A DNA stretch of 64,000 nt, from NCBI GenBank assembly GCA_963825505.1, contig CAWGTL010000010.1:64080-128079 (forward strand). Reading direction: 5' to 3'. This DNA is from an uncultured Actinomycetota bacterium (GTDB lineage: Bacteria; Actinomycetota; Actinomycetes; Actinomycetales; CAWJMD01). A program made the position numbers and the translations under genes. Position 1 is the first letter of the stretch. Each line of letters opens with the position of its first letter. The notes under the pieces were generated by a model, which had not been told where the DNA came from, searched no databases, and saw only the letters and a program-made list of their open reading frames with translations. Shown here piece by piece: positions 41,649 to 49,386 of the stretch.

Positions 41649-42569
41649 GTGACCACCACCAGCACCGGGCCCGTCGCCCGTGACGCCGCGCCGACCGCGC
41701 GCGAGCTGGACGACCTCGTCCGCACCCACCTGCCGGTCGTCGGCTACGTGGTGCACGAGGTCGCCGCCCGGCTCCCCGGGCACGTCGACCGCGACGAGCT
41801 GGTGTCGGCCGGTATGGCCGGCCTGGTCCGCGCGGCACAGGCGTTCGACGCCTCGACCGGCGTCCCCTTCTCGCGGTACGCCAACACCCGGATCCGCGGT
41901 GCGATCCTCGACGAGCTGCGCGGCATGGACTGGAGCAGCAGGGGCGCGCGCCGCCGCTCGCGCGAGCTCGTCGCAGGCGGAGGACTCCCTCACCTCGCGG
42001 CTCGGCCGCGCCGCCACGACGCGAGGAGCTCGCCGCCGAGCTCGAAGGTGGAGGTCGGCGAGCTCGACCGCCGCCGCGCCGAGCGCGAACGTGCCCTGCT
42101 GTCCCTGGACGCCTTCGACGGCGCCGTCGCCGACGTCCTGCCCGCCAGCGCGCCGGACCCCGAGCAGCACGCCCTGGCCGTGGAGCGGATGGGTTACCTG
42201 CGCGCGTCGGTCGACGCCCTGCCGGAGCGGCTGCGCGACGTCGTGGTCGGCGTCTTCCTCGAGCAGCGGCCGATGGCCGAGATCGCCGCCGAGCTCGGCG
42301 TCTCGGAGTCGCGGGTCAGCCAGCTGCGCGCCGAGGCCCTGGTGCTGCTGCGCGACGCGATGAACAGCCAGCTCGCCCCGGAGCGGCTGCCGGCCGCCGG
42401 CGCGCTCGGACCGACGGTCACCCGCCGGCGCGAGGCGCTGTACGCCCAGGTCGCCGCGAACGCCCTCGCCGCCGGCGTCGTCGCGCGCTCGCGCGCCTCC
42501 GACCCGGTGCGGGACCTGGTGCCGGCCCAGCGCCGTCCCGAGCACGACGCCGTCTCCTGGACGGCGTAG
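41649..42569 (+). CDS. fliA: Flagellar sigma factor FliA/WhiG (sigma-28); ORF is open but ~75 nt are read out of frame
   Basis: Region 2 (FSRYANTRIRGAILDELR) and region 4 (MAEIAAELGVSESRVSQLRAEAL) are present. Between 41973 and 42047 the sensible reading QAEDSLTSRLGRAATT / EELAAELE lies in the other two frames. Confidence 0.88.
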   Translation: MTTTSTGPVARDAAPTARELDDLVRTHLPVVGYVVHEVAARLPGHVDRDELVSAGMAGLVRAAQAFDASTGVPFSRYANTRIRGAILDELRGMDWSSRGARRRSRELVAGGGLPHLAARPRRHDARSSPPSSKVEVGELDRRRAERERALLSLDAFDGAVADVLPASAPDPEQHALAVERMGYLRASVDALPERLRDVVVGVFLEQRPMAEIAAELGVSESRVSQLRAEALVLLRDAMNSQLAPERLPAAGALGPTVTRRREALYAQVAANALAAGVVARSRASDPVRDLVPAQRRPEHDAVSWTA

Positions 42570-42590
42570 GAGAAAAGTTCAGAGGCTTTC

Positions 42591-42620
42591 CCTCAGGTCC
42601 GGATCGGCCGGGCCGATGGG
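42591..42620 (+). promoter_or_regulatory. Sigma-28-type promoter for fliC
   Basis: cCCTCAGGTccggatcggccggGCCGATGGGtc, i.e. TCAG (42593-42596), N15, GCCGATGG (42612-42619). Confidence 0.65.
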
Positions 42621-42628
42621 TCGGGTGC

Positions 42629-42644
42629 AGCCCACGGAAGGGCT
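42629..42644 (+). promoter_or_regulatory. fliC leader stem-loop presenting ACGGAA (ANGGAN hexaloop)
   Basis: AGCCC-ACGGAA-GGGCT begins ~10 nt after the -10 element. A second ACGGAGG (42659-42665) forms the Shine-Dalgarno region. Confidence 0.5.
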
Positions 42645-42671
42645 ACGACACAACTCTCACGGAGGAACACC

Positions 42672-43472
42672 ATGTCCATGCGCATCAACACCAACGTCGC
42701 GGCGATGAACGCCTACCGGAACCTGTCGGTCACCGAGGGCGCGATGTCCAAGTCCCTGGAGAAGCTCTCCAGCGGCCTGCGCATCAACCGCGCTGCCGAC
42801 GACGCCGCCGGCCTCGCCATCTCCGAGGGCCTGCGCTCCCAGGTCGGTGGCCTCAAGGTCGCCGTCCGCAACGCCCAGGACGGCATCTCCGTCGCCCAGA
42901 CGGCTGAGGGCGCGCTCACCGAGGTCCACTCGATCCTGCAGCGGGTCCGCGACCTGACGGTCCAGGGGCTCAACGGCTCCAACAGCGCCGAGTCGCTGGC
43001 CGCCATCGACGCCGAGATCGACGCCATGGCCGAGGAGATCGGCGCGATCGGGGCCCGCACCCAGTTCAACGGGGTCGACCTGTTCGGCGACACGCTGACC
43101 TTCCAGGTCGGCGCCAACAGCGGCGACACCCTCGACGTCGACCTGAGCGGCGTGGACCTGGCTGCGCTGCAGACCACCGTCGCCGCTCTCGCGGCCGGCA
43201 CCGCCGACCCGGGCGCCGTCGACACCGAGATCACCGCGATCTCCACCGCCCGCGCCGGCCTGGGTGCTTCGCAGAACCGGCTCGAGCACAACATCAACTC
43301 GCTCAACGTCGCGATCGAGAACCTGTCCGCGTCGGAGAGCCGGATCCGCGACACCGACATGGCCGCGGAGATGGTCAACTTCACCAAGAGCCAGATCCTG
43401 CAGCAGGCCGGCACCGCGATGCTGGCGCAGGCCAACCAGTCCTCGCAGGGCGTGCTCCAGCTCCTGCGCTGA
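42672..43472 (+). CDS. fliC: Flagellin
   Basis: 266-aa ORF reading MRINTNVAAMNAYRNL...GLRINRAADDAAGLAISE...QILQQAGTAMLAQANQSSQGVLQLLR. Confidence 0.95.
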   Translation: MSMRINTNVAAMNAYRNLSVTEGAMSKSLEKLSSGLRINRAADDAAGLAISEGLRSQVGGLKVAVRNAQDGISVAQTAEGALTEVHSILQRVRDLTVQGLNGSNSAESLAAIDAEIDAMAEEIGAIGARTQFNGVDLFGDTLTFQVGANSGDTLDVDLSGVDLAALQTTVAALAAGTADPGAVDTEITAISTARAGLGASQNRLEHNINSLNVAIENLSASESRIRDTDMAAEMVNFTKSQILQQAGTAMLAQANQSSQGVLQLLR

Positions 43473-43483
43473 CCGAGCACGGC

Positions 43484-43514
43484 GCCGGCCCCCGCCCCAC
43501 CAGCGGGGGCCGGC
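43484..43514 (+). terminator. Perfect 12-bp stem-loop after fliC
   Basis: GCCGGCCCCCGC-cccacca-GCGGGGGCCGGC lies 12 nt after the fliC stop. It could attenuate read-through into fliD. Confidence 0.6.
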
Positions 43515-43545
43515 TCCGTGACCCCCACCCCGAGGAGGTGACCCG

Positions 43546-44823
43546 ATGGCCGGGATGCAGGTCAGCGGACTGGTGAGCGGTCTGGACACCGCCACCATCG
43601 TCAACCAGCTGATGCAGCTGGAGGCGGCACCTCAGAACGCCCTCAAGGCCAAGGTCACCCGAGCCGGCAGCCAGGTGACGGCCTACCAGGCCGTCAACAC
43701 CCGGCTCACCGCCGCGCTCGCGGCCGCCGACAAGCTCACGAAGGACGTGACGTGGGGGGCGGCAACCGCCAGCTCCTCCGTCTCGTCCGTCACCGTGACG
43801 AGCGCTCCGGGCGCCGTCACCGGCAGCCTGCGGTTCTCGGTCGACCGGCTGGCCACCGCCCACATGGTGGCCAGCCCGACCGTGGCGGCCGGCGGCTCGG
43901 TCGTCGAGGACGGCCTGACCGAGCTCACCCTCCTCCAGGGCGGGGTGGCCACGACCGTGCCGCTCGAGGGCAACGACCCGGTCTCGGTCGCCAAGGCCAT
44001 CAACGCCTCCGGTGCCGAGGTCCGGGCCGTCGCGCTGCCGGTCGCCAACGGCGTCTACCGCCTCCAGGTCACCTCCCTCGCGACGGGCGAGGCCGGCGCG
44101 TTCTCCGTGCAGGGGCTCACCGTCGACGACGCGGTCACCGTCCAGGGTCAGGACGCCCGGATCCTCGTGGGTGGCACGCTCCCGGTGCAGTCGGCCGACG
44201 GCCGGTTCACCGACGTGCTGCCCGGCACCACCTTCACCGTGGGTGCGGTCGTCGCCGACGTCCAGCTCACGGTGCGCAAGGACGACCTCGCCGTCACCGC
44301 CTCGGTCAAGGCCGTGGTGGACGCCCTCAACGCCGCGCTCAAGGAGATCGGCACGGCGTCGCGGTCCGGCACCGGCGCGCTCTCGGGCGACAGCCTGCTC
44401 AGGTCGCTGACGCAGCAGCTGGTCTCGACCGTCTCCGGTGGCACGACCTCCGCGGTCGCGGCCGGGGTGCAGACCACGCGCACCGGTGAGGTCGCCTTCG
44501 ACACCGAGCGCTTCACCTCGCTCCTGGCGTCCGACCCGACCAGGGCCCGGACCCTGGTGGAGGGCATCGCCTCCCGTGTCGCCGAGGTCGCTCGCGCCGC
44601 GTCGTCCGCGAGCGACGGCACGGTGACCGTCGCCGCGCGGCGCCGCCAGGACAGCATCCGCGGCCTGAACGAGCAGGTGGCCGCCTGGGACACCCGGCTC
44701 GAGATGCGGCGGGCGACCCTGGAGCGGCAGTACTCGGCGCTGGAGACCGCACTGGGCTCCTTGCAGAGCCAGTCCAGCTGGCTCGCCGGACAGCTCGGCG
44801 GCCTGCCGAGCTGGAGCAGCTGA
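43546..44823 (+). CDS. fliD: Flagellar filament cap protein FliD
   Basis: 425-aa ORF. Begins MQVSGLVSGLDTATIVNQLMQLEAAPQ and ends LERQYSALETALGSLQSQSSWL. Confidence 0.9.
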   Translation: MAGMQVSGLVSGLDTATIVNQLMQLEAAPQNALKAKVTRAGSQVTAYQAVNTRLTAALAAADKLTKDVTWGAATASSSVSSVTVTSAPGAVTGSLRFSVDRLATAHMVASPTVAAGGSVVEDGLTELTLLQGGVATTVPLEGNDPVSVAKAINASGAEVRAVALPVANGVYRLQVTSLATGEAGAFSVQGLTVDDAVTVQGQDARILVGGTLPVQSADGRFTDVLPGTTFTVGAVVADVQLTVRKDDLAVTASVKAVVDALNAALKEIGTASRSGTGALSGDSLLRSLTQQLVSTVSGGTTSAVAAGVQTTRTGEVAFDTERFTSLLASDPTRARTLVEGIASRVAEVARAASSASDGTVTVAARRRQDSIRGLNEQVAAWDTRLEMRRATLERQYSALETALGSLQSQSSWLAGQLGGLPSWSS

Positions 44824-44833
44824 CCCGACCCGC

Positions 44834-44906
44834 AGACCGACCCACCGACCTGTAGACAGACCGACAGACCAGACCGACAGACCGACCAGACCGACAGACA
44901 GACCGA
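44834..44906. repeat. Array of the octamer AGACCGAC (6 copies, dense block 44858-44906) in the fliD-fliS spacer
   Basis: Read directly: ...gcAGACCGACcc...gacAGACCGACagaccAGACCGACAGACCGACcAGACCGACagacAGACCGAggaggagga. It ends at the fliS ribosome-binding site. Confidence 0.85.
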
Positions 44907-44920
44907 GGAGGAGGACACCC

Positions 44921-45343
44921 GTGCACGCACCGACCTACACCGCCGCAGCCCGGGCACGGTTCGTCGACGACGCCCTCGCCACGGCGAGCCCCGCCGTCCT
45001 GCTCACCCGGTTGTACGACCGGCTGGTGCTCGACCTGGTGCGCGCGGAGACGGCCCAGCGGGACGGTGCCCGCCTCGCTGCCAGCTCGCAGCTGCTGCAC
45101 GCCCAGGACATCGTCGCCGAGCTGCTCTCCAGCCTGGACACCGCCGCCTGGGCGGGCGGCCCCGGGTTGGCCGCGCTCTACGGGTTCCTGCTCACCGAGC
45201 TGGTCGGCGCGAACGTGACCTGCGACCCGGAGCGCACGGCCTCGTGCCGCGCGCTGGTCGAGCCCCTGCGCGACGCGTGGCACGAGGCGGCCCGCGGCGC
45301 CGTCACCGGCGGCTCGGTCGTCGGCGTCGGCCAGGCGCTCTGA
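44921..45343 (+). CDS. fliS: Flagellin-specific export chaperone FliS
   Basis: 140-aa ORF (LLTRLYDRLVLDL...AQDIVAELLSSLD...LYGFLLTEL) directly downstream of fliD. Confidence 0.8.
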   Translation: MHAPTYTAAARARFVDDALATASPAVLLTRLYDRLVLDLVRAETAQRDGARLAASSQLLHAQDIVAELLSSLDTAAWAGGPGLAALYGFLLTELVGANVTCDPERTASCRALVEPLRDAWHEAARGAVTGGSVVGVGQAL

Positions 45344-45348
45344 GCCCC

Positions 45349-45702
45349 GTGCCGACGACCGTCGCGCCCCCAGCGCCCTGGCAGCGCGAGTGGGAGCTCG
45401 CGCTGGAGTCGCTCGAGCTCGACGTCTCGGCCGCCGAGGACCTGCTCCGCGCGCTGCACGCGCAGACCGACCTGCCGGACGGCGCCGAGGTGATGCGGTC
45501 GCGCTGGACGCCGCCGCCCGGCACCCTCGGCCCGATCCCGCGGCCGCTCGTCGAGCGGGCCCGCACGTTGCTGCAGCGCCAGCACGAGGTGGCCGAGCGG
45601 CTCGTCGTCGCCGCACGGAGCAACCGGGCGCACGCGCGCGTGGCGAACCAGGTCGCCGAGACCGGGTCCAGCGCACCCGTCTACGTCGACGTCGCGCTCT
45701 GA
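45349..45702 (+). CDS. Hypothetical flagellar-locus protein (117 aa)
   Basis: GTG 45349 lies 6 nt after the fliS stop, in frame in ORF 45244..45702. Helical, no family recognised. Confidence 0.55.
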   Translation: MPTTVAPPAPWQREWELALESLELDVSAAEDLLRALHAQTDLPDGAEVMRSRWTPPPGTLGPIPRPLVERARTLLQRQHEVAERLVVAARSNRAHARVANQVAETGSSAPVYVDVAL

Positions 45703-45703
45703 G

Positions 45704-45737
45704 CGGACGGCCGCTGGACCCGGACGGCCGCTGACCC
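45704..45737. repeat. 17-bp tandem duplication CGGACGGCCGCTG(G)ACC x2
   Basis: Read directly after the stop of the 117-aa gene. Confidence 0.7.
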
Positions 45738-45924
45738 GGGTGGGAGCAGCGGCCGGTGCGGGTCGCACCCGGACCGGTGACGGCCGGCCCGGCGCCGACC
45801 GGGTCGTTCACCCGCGCAGCCCCACCGCCGTCGCCGGTGTGGACGTCGTCGCCGCGGTGGGAGGACCCTGGGGGTGCGGGAGGTCCCCTCGTCGGCAGCG
45901 GGACGCGCGGGCGGGAGGTGCGCG

Positions 45925-46835
45925 ATGACCTACTCGCTCGCCAACGCGCCCGCCCTCGCCTACGACCTGGTGCGTCTGCCCGCACGGAGCGCAGGTCCTC
46001 GCCGTGCTGCGCACCGCCCTGGCCTGCGGCAGCGAGGAGCTCGCCGCCCTGGCCGCCCGGCACCCCGGCCCGCACCGCGCCGGACGGTGGGCCGCGGTGC
46101 AGCAGGTGGGTGCCCGCGAGCCGGCCCGGCGCGCGGTCGCGTCCGCCGGCGCCGCGGCCGACCTCGCCCTGGCCGGCGACGTCGCCGGCAGCACCGCGCT
46201 CGTGCGCCGGCTCGAGCGGGCGACGCTCGGCGACGTCGCGGCCCTGGACCGGATGCTGCGCCACGACGTCCTGGACTGGACCTGGCTCGGCGACCGCCGC
46301 CCGGGCGGTCTGGCGGTCCAGGACCCCGAGGCGTCCGAGGCGTGCGACGTGCTGGCCGACGCCGCCGCGTCCGCGTACTGCTCCGAGCGGCTCGACCCGG
46401 CGACGCGGCGGTCGATGGCTGCGCCGTTCCGCGGCGGCGCTGCTCCCCCTGCCCGACCGCACCGGCCACCCCGGCGTCGACCACGCCGTGCGGGTGCTGC
46501 GCGGCCTGGACGCGGACGGTCGCGAACGCTGGCGGCGCGCGGTCGACCACCAGCGGGCCGCGACCACGGCCTGGGCCCCTGCCATGCACGAGGCCACCGG
46601 CGCCCTCGGCGTGGTCGACCGCCTGCACCTGGCGGCCGACGCCCAGCTCGCCGCCGCCGAGGCCTTCCTCGCGGCCGGCTTCAGCACCCAGGACGCCGCC
46701 TACGGCGTCTGGAACGCGGTGAGCGGGAGCATCCAGGCCGTGGTGTCCGGCGACCTGCTGCCCGCTGCCAGCGCGCACGTCCTGCTGCGGTGCTGGCGCC
46801 GCGTCCACGGCTCGGCGCCCGACGACCGGTCCTGA
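45925..46835 (+). pseudogene. Hypothetical flagellar-locus protein (~302 aa), two extra bases (~45990, ~46435)
   Basis: MTYSLANAPALAYDLVRLPARS | QVLAVLRTALACGSEELAAL...MAAPFR | ALLPLPDRTGHPGVDHAVRVL...CWRRVHGSAPDDRS* across three frames, each with high GC3. Span length leaves remainder 2 on division by 3. Confidence 0.5.
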
Positions 46836-46869
46836 CCCGAGCCGGTGGTGAGCACCACCCGACCGGCGT

Positions 46870-46899
46870 CCTCAGGTTCGACCCCGAACGGCCGATGGG
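46870..46899 (+). promoter_or_regulatory. Sigma-28-type promoter upstream of the small ORF / EAL-HDOD unit
   Basis: tCCTCAGGTtcgaccccgaacgGCCGATGGGac, i.e. TCAG 46872-46875, N15, GCCGATGG 46891-46898. Confidence 0.6.
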
Positions 46900-46943
46900 A
46901 CTGGTGCGGGGCGCGTTCCGGCAGGTCCGGCACCGCCACGCGG

Positions 46944-46963
46944 GCGTCGCACGGATGCGGCGC
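46944..46963 (+). promoter_or_regulatory. Leader stem-loop with ACGGAT hexaloop
   Basis: GCGTCGC-ACGGAT-GCGGCGC (7 bp, one G-U pair). A second ACGGACGAGGGG (46973-46984) overlaps the SD of the small ORF. Confidence 0.45.
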
Positions 46964-46988
46964 ACCACCATCACGGACGAGGGGCACC

Positions 46989-47105
46989 ATGCACATCCCG
47001 ATCGCGGGCGAGCGCCGCGGCACCGCCGAGCGCCGGGGCACGGCCGAGAGGTCCCGTGGGCGCCGGGGTACCGTCGAGTCCTCGACACCCGGGGGGACCA
47101 CGTGA
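46989..47105 (+). CDS. Candidate 38-aa Arg/Gly-rich leader peptide, translationally coupled to the EAL-HDOD gene
   Basis: ATG 46989 follows GAGGGG. MHIPIAGERRGTAERRGTAERSRGRRGTVESSTPGGTT. Very high GC3. Its TGA (47103-47105) overlaps GTG 47102 of the next gene (GTGA). Contains an 18-bp tandem repeat (47010-47045). Confidence 0.4.
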   Translation: MHIPIAGERRGTAERRGTAERSRGRRGTVESSTPGGTT

Positions 47106-48406
47106 GCAGCGTCTGGAAGCTGTTGGAGCAGGTGCCCGAGGTGGCGCCCGCCACCCGCATCGCCCGGCAGGGGATCTACGACCGCGACGGCCGGCTCGTC
47201 GCCGGCGAGCTGCTCTTCCGCGGCCACCACGCCGACCAGGCCGGACTCCCCTCCACCTGGGACGCCGTGCACGACGACTCGCTGGCGGCGATCGCCGCCG
47301 AGGCGGCGGCCGACCAGGCCACCTCTCACGTCATCGTCACCACGTTCGGCGACTTCGGCGTCGAGCGGCTCGGTGGCGGACGACCGCTGTTCATCAACGT
47401 GACCCGCTCGTTCCTCGCCGGGGACTACCCGCTGCCGTTCGGGCCCGAGGGCGTCGTGCTCGAGATCCTGGAGAACGTCCAGGTCGACCAGGAGGTGCTG
47501 GACGGCGTCGCGGCGCTGCGCGAGCGCGGCTTCCGGTTCGCGCTCGACGACTACGTCGGCGAGGAGCACCGCGCCCCGCTCGTCGACCTCGTCGACGTCG
47601 TCAAGGTCGACGTCCTCGCCCCGGGCATCGACACCGCGGCGGTGGCCGCCGCCGTCCGGGCCCGCCGGCCCGGCGTCCAGCTGCTGGCCGAGCGGGTCGA
47701 GTCGGCCGAGGTGCTGCGCGCCTGCCACGACGCCGGGTACGAGCTGTTCCAGGGCTTCCACCTCTCGCACCCCGACGTGATGGAGTCGGCCAGCATCTCG
47801 CCGTCCCAGGTGATCTGCATGCGCCTGCTGCAGGCGCTCGGCGACCCGGCGTCGGACGCCGACGACCTCGAGGGGATCGTCGCGGCCGACCCGGGCCTGG
47901 CGGTGCGGGTGCTGCGCACCGCCAACTCGGCCAGCACCGGGAGCCGTCGCGAGATCTCCTCGCTGCGCCAGGCCGTGGTGCTGCTGGGGCCGCGCCCCCT
48001 GCGGTCGTGGGTGCTGCTCACGCTCCTCGGCGGGATGGCCGCCGGACGCCTCGACGACCTGGTGACGGTGCTCGCGCGGGCGGAGGCCTGCGAGGCCGTG
48101 GCCGCCGCCACCGGGGTCGACCCCGCCGCGGCGTACACCACCGGCCTGCTGTCGGGCGTGGCGCAGGTGCTGCGCACCCCGGGCGCCGAGGTCGCGCGCG
48201 ACGCCGGCGTCAGCGACGACGTGCGCCGGGCGCTCGCCGAGGGGGAGGGCCCGCTCGGCGAGGTGCTCCGGGTGGTGCGGGCCCACGAGCTCGGTCTCCC
48301 GGACGCGGCGCAAGGAAGCAGCCTGTCGCCCCTGGTGCTGTCGAGCCTGTGCCTCGAGGCCTGGGCCACCGCGCAGGCCACCGTCACGGCGATGGCCAGG
48401 GGGTAG
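47102..48406 (+). CDS. EAL-domain plus HDOD-domain signalling protein (c-di-GMP related)
   Basis: GTG 47102 is in frame in ORF 46004..48406. EAL-like core (GELLFR, VVLEILENV, RFALDDYV, VKVD, AERVE, ELFQGF) followed by HDOD-like LQALGDPASDADDLEGIVAADPGLAVRVLRTANSA. Confidence 0.8.
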   Translation: MSSVWKLLEQVPEVAPATRIARQGIYDRDGRLVAGELLFRGHHADQAGLPSTWDAVHDDSLAAIAAEAAADQATSHVIVTTFGDFGVERLGGGRPLFINVTRSFLAGDYPLPFGPEGVVLEILENVQVDQEVLDGVAALRERGFRFALDDYVGEEHRAPLVDLVDVVKVDVLAPGIDTAAVAAAVRARRPGVQLLAERVESAEVLRACHDAGYELFQGFHLSHPDVMESASISPSQVICMRLLQALGDPASDADDLEGIVAADPGLAVRVLRTANSASTGSRREISSLRQAVVLLGPRPLRSWVLLTLLGGMAAGRLDDLVTVLARAEACEAVAAATGVDPAAAYTTGLLSGVAQVLRTPGAEVARDAGVSDDVRRALAEGEGPLGEVLRVVRAHELGLPDAAQGSSLSPLVLSSLCLEAWATAQATVTAMARG

Positions 48407-48517
48407 TCCGCCCGGACCACCAGAACCGTTGCGCCGCTGCTCCGTCCGGGCGCACCGGCGGCGCTGTGTGGATCGCCGGCACCGCCCGGACGGCGGGTGA
48501 GTTTCCGCCCTCTCAGC

Positions 48518-48547
48518 GCTCAAGTAGTCCTCCCGTCCACCGATGGA
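48518..48547 (+). promoter_or_regulatory. Sigma-28-type promoter for the flgB...flgE hook-basal-body operon
   Basis: cGCTCAAGTagtcctcccgtccACCGATGGAct, i.e. TCAA 48520-48523, N15, ACCGATGG 48539-48546. Confidence 0.55.
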
Positions 48548-48553
48548 CTACAG

Positions 48554-48589
48554 GAGCGACGGATCGCTCGTGATGGCCACGGACCGGCC
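48554..48589 (+). promoter_or_regulatory. Two adjacent GGA-presenting stem-loops in the flgB leader
   Basis: GAGCGA-CGGA-TCGCTC (48554-48569) and GGCC-ACGGACC-GGCC (48575-48589). Confidence 0.4.
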
Positions 48590-48629
48590 GACTGTCTCTT
48601 CGTCATCAGGACGAGAACGGGGTAGGTCC

Positions 48630-48971
48630 GTGTTCAACGACGTCACCGGCGCGGCGCTCCACAGCGCCCTCACCGGCCTCGCGACCCGTCAGCGCACCAT
48701 CGCCGACAACGTCGCCAACATCCAGACCCCCGGCTTCCTCGCCGGCCGGGTGCAGTTCGAGGACGCCCTGCGCAGCGCGGTCTCCGGCGGCACCGGGGCC
48801 GTCGCGCCGACCACCGCGCGCTCCCTCGAGCCGACCCGCGAGGACGGCAACAACGTCAACCTGGACCACGAGGTCATCTCCAACATCGACACCGGCCTGC
48901 GGTACCAGCTGGTGACCCGCGCCGTCGACGACAGGTTCTCGCTGCTGCGGGCCTCCCTGCGGACGCAGTGA
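48630..48971 (+). CDS. flgB: Flagellar basal-body rod protein FlgB
   Basis: GTG 48630 is in frame in ORF 48543..48971. LTGLATRQRTIADNVANIQTPGF. The upstream part of the ORF overlaps the promoter and has low GC3. Confidence 0.88.
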   Translation: MFNDVTGAALHSALTGLATRQRTIADNVANIQTPGFLAGRVQFEDALRSAVSGGTGAVAPTTARSLEPTREDGNNVNLDHEVISNIDTGLRYQLVTRAVDDRFSLLRASLRTQ

Positions 48972-48981
48972 GCGGGCGACC

Positions 48982-49386
48982 ATGACCATCTTCAACGCGA
49001 TCGGCGTCGCCGGCACCGGCGTCACCGTCTACCGCAAGTGGCTCGACGCGGTCAGCGACAACATCGCCAACATCAACACCGTCCGGTCGACCGACGAGGA
49101 GGCGTTCCGCGCCAAGTACGTCGTGGCGCAGGCGGTCGACGGCTCCGGCACCGGCGGCGTGCAGGTCGGCGGCATCCAGCTCGGGTCGGCCGAGGGCCGG
49201 CTGGTCTACGACCCGCAGAACCCGCTGGCCGACGAGGGCGGCTACGTGCGCTACCCCGACATCGATCTGGCCAGCCAGATGACGCAGCTGATCATGGCCC
49301 AGCGCGGCTACCAGGCGAACCTCACCGTGATCGACCGGGCCAAGGACTCCTACCAGGCCGCCCTCGGGATCGGACGCGGGGCGTGA
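48982..49386 (+). CDS. flgC: Flagellar basal-body rod protein FlgC
   Basis: 134-aa ORF reading [11 protein letters not shown]...[18 protein letters not shown]. Confidence 0.92.
   Translation: MTIFNAIGVAGTGVTVYRKWLDAVSDNIANINTVRSTDEEAFRAKYVVAQAVDGSGTGGVQVGGIQLGSAEGRLVYDPQNPLADEGGYVRYPDIDLASQMTQLIMAQRGYQANLTVIDRAKDSYQAALGIGRGA

Noticed and set aside
41965-42055. Programmed ribosomal frameshifting as the explanation for the fliA and other frame changes
   Set aside because: No slippery heptamers or downstream pseudoknot-like structures are evident at the junctions. Three consecutive programmed +1 events within 75 nt are implausible. The same kind of break hits unrelated metabolic genes.
46004-48406. 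800-aa ORF as one gene
   Set aside because: It is a composite. Its first ~140 codons belong to the frame-broken 302-aa hypothetical gene, the middle is out-of-frame/intergenic read-through across a promoter and leader, and only 47102..48406 is the EAL-HDOD protein.
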